Shown here: positions 26,975 to 33,814 of the stretch, one piece after another
Numbering within the stretch: position 1 is the stretch's first letter
Layout: the number at the start of each line of letters is the position of its first letter
Source of the DNA: Treponema sp.
Lineage (GTDB): Bacteria; Spirochaetota; Spirochaetia; Treponematales; Breznakiellaceae
Length of the DNA stretch: 64,000 bases
Assembly: GCA_009781915.1 (NCBI GenBank)
Contig: WQUW01000001.1
Span: 225-64,224 of the forward strand
Reading direction: 5' to 3'
Notes under the pieces: model-generated
Database searches by the model: none
What the model was told of the DNA's origin: nothing
What the model saw: only the letters and a program-made list of their open reading frames with translations
Program-made: the position numbers and the translations under genes

Positions 26975-28354
26975 CTACATATCGTATTTTTTGGGATCCA
27001 GTTTATCACACTCGCCGATAATATTTTCGGTAAACTCGCCTACATCGGCGGGCAATTCTTCCACAGTGTTGGCAATATTTTCAAGCCACATTAACTCTTT
27101 ATCGTCCAGCGCAAGGCTTCCCTGATCATGCGCTTTCTGGATATGAGACAACGCAAGCGCCGCCGCTTTTTTTGCCCTGGGGTAATACCCGTCAATCTTT
27201 ACAAGCTCTTTTGAAATATCAAGTGCGATATCGGGACGCAAAACATACGCCTGCGGGTCAAGTTTTGAGTCGCTGTCTGCGTGTAAATCACGAAGCAGTA
27301 GAGCAGTTTGCTGTCCCCTTGCGGACGCTTCATTCATTAGGCGGCAGTCATACACGAGCTGTTCAAATGACACGGTAGGAGCCATGCCGCCCAGCAGCTT
27401 AATGTTCTGGATGGATTCGTTGCTCCAAATATCGGCCACGCACGCGGCGATATTTCCGACCGGAGAAAGATGGGCGCACGCGGCTGTCCCGCCTTCCATA
27501 GAGATGGGCGTACCTGTAATGGCTTTTATGTAGACCCCCTCGTAGCCGCAATCCTTGTGCGGGCCTTTCGCGCCGCACTCAATAGCCACAAGGCTTCTGA
27601 CAGCCGTAACCACCCTGACCGCCGCCGCGAACACACGTGGAATGTAGTTCCTGTCAGCAAGCACCATTGCGGTATTGCCAAAACCGCAAGCGGTATCTCC
27701 CGCGGCGATTGTTCCCGTCCTTGCGGCGATGGCGGCAATTTCAGTCCAAAGTTTATTCATGTCGGCACATCCAAGAACCGACAGGGCGAATATAGATTTG
27801 GCAATGTCGCAATACATTATGGCATCATCGTGGACTTCCTTGCCGCCCACTGACTCCACCGCGAGAAAATCGGCCCCGGCTTTGGCGCAGCCTTCGAAAG
27901 TTTTTAGCATGGCATCCCAATGCCAGCCGCGCCACATGTGCTCAAGGCCGCTGCCTTCGCGTATGTCGTTAGGCGTAATCCTGACAGCTCCCTTTATGCC
28001 GTGCTTTACTTCATATTCTTTGACTATGCCCACAACTGTTTTGCATACTTCAATGCCCCATTCGGGATTTTCGGTCATTGGCGGCAGGGTTTCAATTTCC
28101 GCCACAAAGCCCGGAACATACAGTTCCTTCGCCCTCTCGCAAATGCCGGTAATAATTTCCGTATAATTGCGGATTACATCCGGCATGGTGTCCTTTGTAA
28201 TCTGCATGGTTGGAAGCGTAAAGTTTACCTCAGGGTAAACCGTACCGCCGCCGATAACCATTCCGTTGGTCAGAGCCACAGGGTACTTGGCCCTGCCAAA
28301 AACAAAGGCGTTAATGTCTGTATAAACCGTTTCGTTAAATTGTTTTTTTTGCAT
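26975..28354 (-). CDS. mtaB: MtaB-family methyltransferase (homolog of methanol:corrinoid methyltransferase)
   Basis: 460 aa from ATG 28354, with an AAGGAAG RBS. Long collinear similarity to Methanosarcina MtaB as I recall it: ESVGGKE, GTIAAGDTACGFGNTAM, GPHKDCGYEGVYIKAITGTPISMEGGTAACAH, DPQAYVLRPD. Confidence 0.8.
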   Translation of the reverse strand: MQKKQFNETVYTDINAFVFGRAKYPVALTNGMVIGGGTVYPEVNFTLPTMQITKDTMPDVIRNYTEIITGICERAKELYVPGFVAEIETLPPMTENPEWGIEVCKTVVGIVKEYEVKHGIKGAVRITPNDIREGSGLEHMWRGWHWDAMLKTFEGCAKAGADFLAVESVGGKEVHDDAIMYCDIAKSIFALSVLGCADMNKLWTEIAAIAARTGTIAAGDTACGFGNTAMVLADRNYIPRVFAAAVRVVTAVRSLVAIECGAKGPHKDCGYEGVYIKAITGTPISMEGGTAACAHLSPVGNIAACVADIWSNESIQNIKLLGGMAPTVSFEQLVYDCRLMNEASARGQQTALLLRDLHADSDSKLDPQAYVLRPDIALDISKELVKIDGYYPRAKKAAALALSHIQKAHDQGSLALDDKELMWLENIANTVEELPADVGEFTENIIGECDKLDPKKYDM

Positions 28355-28506
28355 GGCGGCTTCCTTTTCTGATGTAAATATATAGATATGGTAGTCACAG
28401 CGCGACGGAAGTTTCATTAATGAATTTGCTGATTTAAGGTAATCTTTTGCTATTTCGTTTGCCTTGACTAATTGGCTTTTGGTGGTATATCGCAAAGCAT
28501 TACTTG

Positions 28507-28527
28507 TTTTGAGCAATATAATTAATG
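28507..28527 (+). promoter_or_regulatory. Second copy of the conserved 21-nt motif, in the divergent mtaB-like / TRAP operon 2 intergenic region
   Basis: TTTTGAGCAATATAATTAATG is 20-of-21 identical to 21451-21471. It lies about 74 nt upstream of the dctP-like ATG at 28601. Confidence 0.5.
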
Positions 28528-28600
28528 TTTTTCCTTATTAACCTGTCAAAATGGGGAAGATGCGCAAAGAGCATGATATTTAATTTCAAGGAGATGACGA

Positions 28601-29599
28601 ATGAAGATTACATGGAAAAACATAGCGATTATACTTATTGTCTTTAGTGCTTTTCTGTTTGGTTCGTGCAGAAGATCGGCTTCTGATGGGCCTATTGTTT
28701 TAAGAGTTGCCAGCGCCGCGCAAATCGGAGACAGCCTGGATCAAGCTTTGAATTTTTTTGTACAGGAACTTAGCGCTAGAACTGATGGCGCGATTACCGG
28801 AGAGGTTTTTTCCGCGTCGCAGCTCGGGCATCACAGCGACTACATTGCCGGATTGCAGATGGGCAGTATCCACGTAGCGGAAATTACAGCCGCGGTGCTT
28901 TCGACAGTAGCGCCCAGGTTTGCCATTTTTGACCTGCCGTATATTTCCGAATCGCCCCAGGCTCTTTTTGACATCCTTGACGGAGAAGCAGGCGATATTC
29001 TTACCCGGCACATTATGGACGTGGCTCAAATTCGCCCAATCGGCTGGATGGTACGTACTCCCCGGCACGTGTACAGCAGCGCAGGCCCCATTCGCACCGT
29101 GGAAGATTTTCGCAACCTGAGGATTCGCACCATGCAAAGTGCCCCCATGATCAGGGGCATGGAACTCCTTGGAGCATTTCCAAGCGCCATCCCTACCGCT
29201 GAACGTTATACGGCTTTGCAAACCGGCGTGGTGGATGCTGCCGAAAATAATGTTGCCGAGATATGGAATACCAATGAATGGGAGGTAACCAGGTATCTTT
29301 CCAAAACAGCCCACTTGGTAGCGCCTAATGTAATATCAATCGGAACAAGATTTTTGGAAAGCCTTTCGGAAGAACACCAAAGGATCATAATTGAGGTTGG
29401 CAGAGAAGCAGGTATGCTTGCGACCCGGTTGGAGATAGAGGGAGAGCGGCCATTCGAAGAATTGCTTGCCACCCAGGGGGAAATGATTATCAACGAAATT
29501 GAAGATATGAGTAGCTTTGTAACAGCTCTCGCTCCGCTTCACCATGAATGGGCACCTGTTATCGGCGCTGATCTTATCGCTCTGTTCAGGGGTGAGTGA
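28601..29599 (+). CDS. TRAP transporter substrate-binding lipoprotein (DctP family), system 2
   Basis: Lipobox LFGSC. DctP-type motifs (RIRTMQSAP, TGVVDAAENN). Confidence 0.85.
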   Translation: MKITWKNIAIILIVFSAFLFGSCRRSASDGPIVLRVASAAQIGDSLDQALNFFVQELSARTDGAITGEVFSASQLGHHSDYIAGLQMGSIHVAEITAAVLSTVAPRFAIFDLPYISESPQALFDILDGEAGDILTRHIMDVAQIRPIGWMVRTPRHVYSSAGPIRTVEDFRNLRIRTMQSAPMIRGMELLGAFPSAIPTAERYTALQTGVVDAAENNVAEIWNTNEWEVTRYLSKTAHLVAPNVISIGTRFLESLSEEHQRIIIEVGREAGMLATRLEIEGERPFEELLATQGEMIINEIEDMSSFVTALAPLHHEWAPVIGADLIALFRGE

Positions 29600-29609
29600 A
29601 AATTCTGTC

Positions 29610-30131
29610 ATGGAAAAGTTTACTCATATTGTTTTTGATGTGATACTTGGCCTGTTTATAAAAATAATCGGCATAGCCATGGTTCTTTCGGTTTTGTTGC
29701 AAATCGCTTCCCGGAACCTGAACATTGCTGGCATACTCTGGACTGAGGAGATGGGGCGATTGACCTTCATTTGGTTTTGCTTCCTTGCCACGGCGGCCGC
29801 CTTTGAAAAGGGAAAACATGTCTCGATCGATTATTTTTACATGAAAATGAATAAACTTTTCCGGACAATCTGCGATTATCTTGGCCTTGCCTTGATCCTT
29901 ATGTTTACGATGATAATAGTTGTCGAAGGGATACGAATACTGGAGTTTGTTTCCATTCAACATTCCCCGGTTATGCGGCTTTCGTTTTTCTGGTTTTATC
30001 TGTCGGTACCTGTCGGAATGGGGTTTATTTTGCTTTTCGCGATACTGTCTTTTGTAAAGTTGATATTAACGACCAAAAACGGCGGCTCAATACCTGCAAG
30101 TGGGGATAATCCTTCTTCGGTGGACGGGTAG
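29610..30131 (+). CDS. TRAP transporter small permease (DctQ family), system 2
   Basis: I chose the ATG at 29610 (MEKFTHIVFDVILG...). Four TM helices; WTEEMGRLTFIWFCFL motif. Confidence 0.8.
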   Translation: MEKFTHIVFDVILGLFIKIIGIAMVLSVLLQIASRNLNIAGILWTEEMGRLTFIWFCFLATAAAFEKGKHVSIDYFYMKMNKLFRTICDYLGLALILMFTMIIVVEGIRILEFVSIQHSPVMRLSFFWFYLSVPVGMGFILLFAILSFVKLILTTKNGGSIPASGDNPSSVDG

Positions 30132-30140
30132 GGGAACACT

Positions 30141-31439
30141 ATGACTGAAAATATACTGCTTCTTGTCGGTGTTGTTTTTCTTTTGCTTGTTGCGCTAATG
30201 CTTATTAAAGTACCAATCTCTTTTGCTTTGGGAATTGCCACTTTGGGAGGGGTTTGGCTCGTGGGGGATTTGCCCATTATGGTGCTGGCCCAACGGATGT
30301 TTGTCGGGCTTGATTCGTATACCCTGCTGGCGATACCGCTTTTTATGCTTACCGGGCAGATCATGGCTATGGGCGGCGTAACCAGGGACTTACTAAATCT
30401 TTCCATGGTGTTTGTAGGATGGTTGCGCGGCGGACTTGCCTACGTGAATATTGTGTCAAGCATGATATTCGCCGCGTGTAATGGCGTGGCCTCAGCTGAT
30501 ACAGCGTCACTTGGCTCTGTGCTTATTCCGGCAATGGTCAAGAAAGGATACGAGAAGGACTTTACTGTAGCGGTTACCGCAACGTCATCCCCCCTTGGCA
30601 TAATATTCCCCCCAAGTGTTCCCATGGTACTTTACGCAGTCGCTTCAGGTACATCAATAGGAAGGCTTTTTCTTGGTGGAATTATTCCCGGTTTCTTGTC
30701 AGGTTTCGCGTTACTTGCAGTAGCTGGGGCAATTGCCAGAAAGCGTAATTATCCGGCAGAAGAGCGCATCACGTTCAAAGAAAGCGTCAGGATAGCGGTT
30801 CGCTGTATTCCCGCCCTTTTTACCGTGGTAATTATTGTTGGCGGTATATTTTCGGGATTTTTTACGCCTACTGAAGCTGCCGGTGTGGCATGTCTTTGGG
30901 CTACGTTATTGGGATTTTTCTATTACAAAGAACTTAAAATAAAGAAAATGCCAGAACTGATACACCGGACTGCTTTGACTGTAGGGCTCGTGGCGCTTAT
31001 GATTTCCGCCGCAAGCGCTTTGGGCTGGTTTCTTACGAGCCAGGGCGTTGCCCGGGCCATTGCTGATGGATTATTGGCGGTTACTGACAACAAGATAATT
31101 ATCTTGTTGCTCATCAACTTGGTGCTGTTATTTGTTGGCCTCTGGATGGATCTTGCCCCGGCAATGACCCTTTTTACGCCCATATTGTTGCCAATTGCAA
31201 TTGCGTTTGGCGTGGATCCGGTTCATTTTGGAATTATTATGGTTGTAAACATGGCCATCGGGCTTTTTACGCCGCCGGTGGGAGTATGCCTTGTTATTGC
31301 TTGTGGTATCGCTGGAGCGCCCATAACCAGCGTCCTTAAGGCTTTTGTTCCGTTCTTCCTTGTAATGATTGTAATTCTTCTTTTTATCACGTTTGTTCCG
31401 CAAATAAGCCTTTTTTTGCCGAACTTGCTGATGAACTAA
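30141..31439 (+). CDS. TRAP transporter large permease (DctM family), system 2
   Basis: 432-aa polytopic protein with AIPLFMLTGQIMAMGGVTRD and GVASADTASLGSVLIPAM motifs. Confidence 0.9.
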   Translation: MTENILLLVGVVFLLLVALMLIKVPISFALGIATLGGVWLVGDLPIMVLAQRMFVGLDSYTLLAIPLFMLTGQIMAMGGVTRDLLNLSMVFVGWLRGGLAYVNIVSSMIFAACNGVASADTASLGSVLIPAMVKKGYEKDFTVAVTATSSPLGIIFPPSVPMVLYAVASGTSIGRLFLGGIIPGFLSGFALLAVAGAIARKRNYPAEERITFKESVRIAVRCIPALFTVVIIVGGIFSGFFTPTEAAGVACLWATLLGFFYYKELKIKKMPELIHRTALTVGLVALMISAASALGWFLTSQGVARAIADGLLAVTDNKIIILLLINLVLLFVGLWMDLAPAMTLFTPILLPIAIAFGVDPVHFGIIMVVNMAIGLFTPPVGVCLVIACGIAGAPITSVLKAFVPFFLVMIVILLFITFVPQISLFLPNLLMN

Positions 31440-31464
31440 TGTACGCAAAGGAGCAGGTTCTTAT

Positions 31465-32679
31465 ATGGCTGAAACACCACGCGAGCGGGTACTAAAGACA
31501 ATAAACCACGTAGAGCCGGAGGTTCCCGCTATTGATTTCGGCTCTACTACTTCCAGCGGAATAAGTATTTTTGAATACATTGATCTGAAGGAATATCTTG
31601 GCATAAACCAGACTGAGCTTCCTGTTTTGTTTGATATATTTTTAATGCTCGCCGACCCATGCGCGTCGATGATTGAGCGTTTTGGTGGAGATATTATCCA
31701 GTTAAAACGACTTGCCCCAAACTTCGGGATTAAACTTTGCGATTGGAAACAATGGACTTTGCATAATGGTAAAACCGTGCTGGTTCCCGGCGGCTTTAAC
31801 CCCAAGCCTGATGCCGAAGGCGGCCTTGTTATTGAAAACGCGCAAGGCATTGCCGTAGCGCGTATGCCCAGTAAGGGATATTATTTTGATTTGATTCATT
31901 TTCCCTATAAAAACATTGAAGAAGCCGATGAAATTGATAAACTTGAGTTATGTGGTGTTTTGGATGAGGAAATCAACTATCTGTCCAAAGAAGGTAAACG
32001 GCTTTTTGAGGAAACCGATAAAGCGGTAGTGTTTTCATTCGGCGGGCGGCTTGTCGAAGCCGGGTTATTTGGATGGGGCTTTGAGGAATTTCTTGTTAAC
32101 TTGCTTGCAAATCCTGATATGATACACCGGTATTTTGAAAGACTTACGGATATATACATCAATGACATTGATCGTATATTACAGCAATGCAACAATTATA
32201 TTGATATATTCCGGTTTGTTGATGATCTTGGAACTCAAAATTCCCTGTTAATGTCTCCCGCTGTTTACCGGGAAATGGTTAAACCCTATCATAAAAAAAT
32301 GTTTCAGTTTATCAAGAAAAAATATCCAAAGCAGAAAATAGCGACCCATTGCTGCGGCGCTATATACCCGGTGATTCCCGATCTTATTGATGCCGGGATA
32401 GACATTATTAACCCTGTGCAGATTTCTGCCAGCGGTATGGATCCGCTGCAGCTTAAAAAGGAATTTGGGAAAGATATTGTGTTTTGGGGCGGGGCGGCAA
32501 ACATGCAAGCTACCGTGCCTTACGGAACACTTGACGAGATCAAAAAAGAAACCGGAACCCTTACAGAAATATTTATGAAAGATGGAGGGTTCATATTTAA
32601 TCCTGTCCATAATATCCAGGCAAACATCGCCCCGGAGAAAATAGCCGCGATTTATGACGTAGCGCTGAGGTATCGCTAG
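31465..32679 (+). CDS. URO-D family protein, MtaA/methyltransferase-like, long form (paralog 2)
   Basis: 404 aa with an AAAGGAG RBS. The N-terminus RERVLKTINHVEPEVPAIDFGS parallels RKRVLDAVNHRQPDRIPLDFGS of paralog 1. It also has ATHCCGAIYPVI, DIINPVQ and FWGGAANMQ. Confidence 0.75.
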   Translation: MAETPRERVLKTINHVEPEVPAIDFGSTTSSGISIFEYIDLKEYLGINQTELPVLFDIFLMLADPCASMIERFGGDIIQLKRLAPNFGIKLCDWKQWTLHNGKTVLVPGGFNPKPDAEGGLVIENAQGIAVARMPSKGYYFDLIHFPYKNIEEADEIDKLELCGVLDEEINYLSKEGKRLFEETDKAVVFSFGGRLVEAGLFGWGFEEFLVNLLANPDMIHRYFERLTDIYINDIDRILQQCNNYIDIFRFVDDLGTQNSLLMSPAVYREMVKPYHKKMFQFIKKKYPKQKIATHCCGAIYPVIPDLIDAGIDIINPVQISASGMDPLQLKKEFGKDIVFWGGAANMQATVPYGTLDEIKKETGTLTEIFMKDGGFIFNPVHNIQANIAPEKIAAIYDVALRYR

Positions 32680-32740
32680 TGATGAGCGTCTTACAGAAAC
32701 AAAAAATCTGACAGGTAATCTTTTTTGTGTAAACGGTTCA

Positions 32741-32893
32741 TCATAGAGGAACTCGCTCTTCCCCATAAATGACAGCAAATTGATTGAGGGCAGTACCCCA
32801 ATCCCGTATCGGCATTGTCCATTTTCTGGATATGTTTTTCAAGCCCATGAAAATCAGCTTCATAGCGGCATCGTCATTGGGAAATGACTGGCG
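32741..32893 (-). pseudogene. IS256-family (mutator-type) transposase, C-terminal remnant only
   Basis: The minus-strand translation RQSFPNDDAAMKLIFMGLKNISRKWTMPIRDWGTALNQFAVIYGEERVPL-stop matches the conserved C-terminus of IS256 transposases. Nothing upstream of it is preserved. Confidence 0.6.
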
Positions 32894-32902
32894 GTGTTTT
32901 AT

Positions 32903-33127
32903 ATGAAAAACCCATTTAAATTATTCGGGATTGTTGCGTTGACCGCAATAATCGGATTTTCCATGACGGCCTGCGGCGGCGGGGACGGAGGCCCGACCAT
33001 TCCGCCCATTGTGAACCTTACGCCCGCCGCACGTGAGCCATGCATCCCCACCAAAAGCCCCCGCGGGGGGCTTACCCGTTCTGCTCGGCCTCTCCCGGCG
33101 GGAATAGATACAGGTCGGGCAATTTGA
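32903..33127 (+). pseudogene. Probable remnant of a lipoprotein gene (signal peptide plus lipobox, then repeat-derived sequence)
   Basis: MKNPFKLFGIVALTAIIGFSMTACGG is a lipoprotein leader similar to those of the 37605-39293 and 39695-40756 proteins. The remainder runs into a partial palindromic-repeat arm (33023-33070) and overlaps the convergent ComFB gene. Confidence 0.35.
33023..33070. repeat. Partial arm of the palindromic repeat family
   Basis: CCCGCCGCACGTGAGCCATGCATCCCC... matches the reverse complement of the outer arm of copy 3 (CCCGCCGCGCGTGAGCCATGCATTCCC). Confidence 0.7.
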
Positions 33128-33800
33128 ATGTTTTTTTCAGGGAAGAGGAATTTTCCTCCCGTGATTCGCTTGTTACAAAGACCTTAAAAAGATGAACCAG
33201 CGTTTCGGATTCCGGGGCGGCGACCCGCAGCGTGTACTCAAAGACCCCCGGCTCGTGAACCGCCGAAGCGGGAACAGGAACAGGCCGGAAGGAAAATGTT
33301 CCTTCGGTCTGGGGAACTATGGAATAGGGGTTTTGCCAGTTCTTGTCCTTCATGGGGGCGAGTTCCCCCTTCGATAAAAGCTCAACCTCAACGCCCGATA
33401 TGGGGGCGAAATTATTGCCGTCAAAAAGGCGGCCCATAATAACGGGAATATCAAACACCGCCGTATCCTGATCCCAGTTCGCCCCGCTCCCGCCGGGGGC
33501 ATGGGCAAAATCGGGCCGCCTGTTGTGATCGACCTTTCTAAAGCCTTCGTGAATCAGGGCGGTAATGTCGGCGTTCTGCTGCTGCTGCTCGATGCTTTTT
33601 CCCTGTGTCCGGGAAGCCCCCCGGCTGGACACTATGTAATGGGGCCGCACACGGTTTAGCGCGTAGCAGACTATATCTATCCGGCACTGGCTGCACGTGC
33701 AGTATTTTTGCGAGCCATCCCCTTTGTCAATAGCCTCGAAGCTTTCGTTTACTCTGGCTACCACTACGTCTTCCATCGTGTTGTGCAATTTCATATCCAA
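33072..33800 (-). CDS. ComFB-domain protein fused to a carboxypeptidase-regulatory-like beta-sandwich domain
   Basis: The N-terminus (NTMEDVVVARVNESF...CTCSQCRIDIVCYALNRVRPHYIVS) fits the ComFB pattern. The C-terminal half (GRLFDGNNFAPISGVEVELL...) resembles CarboxypepD_reg-type domains. Confidence 0.6.
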   Translation of the reverse strand: MDMKLHNTMEDVVVARVNESFEAIDKGDGSQKYCTCSQCRIDIVCYALNRVRPHYIVSSRGASRTQGKSIEQQQQNADITALIHEGFRKVDHNRRPDFAHAPGGSGANWDQDTAVFDIPVIMGRLFDGNNFAPISGVEVELLSKGELAPMKDKNWQNPYSIVPQTEGTFSFRPVPVPASAVHEPGVFEYTLRVAAPESETLVHLFKVFVTSESREENSSSLKKTFKLPDLYLFPPGEAEQNG

Positions 33801-33814
33801 CTCCTAGTGTATAG

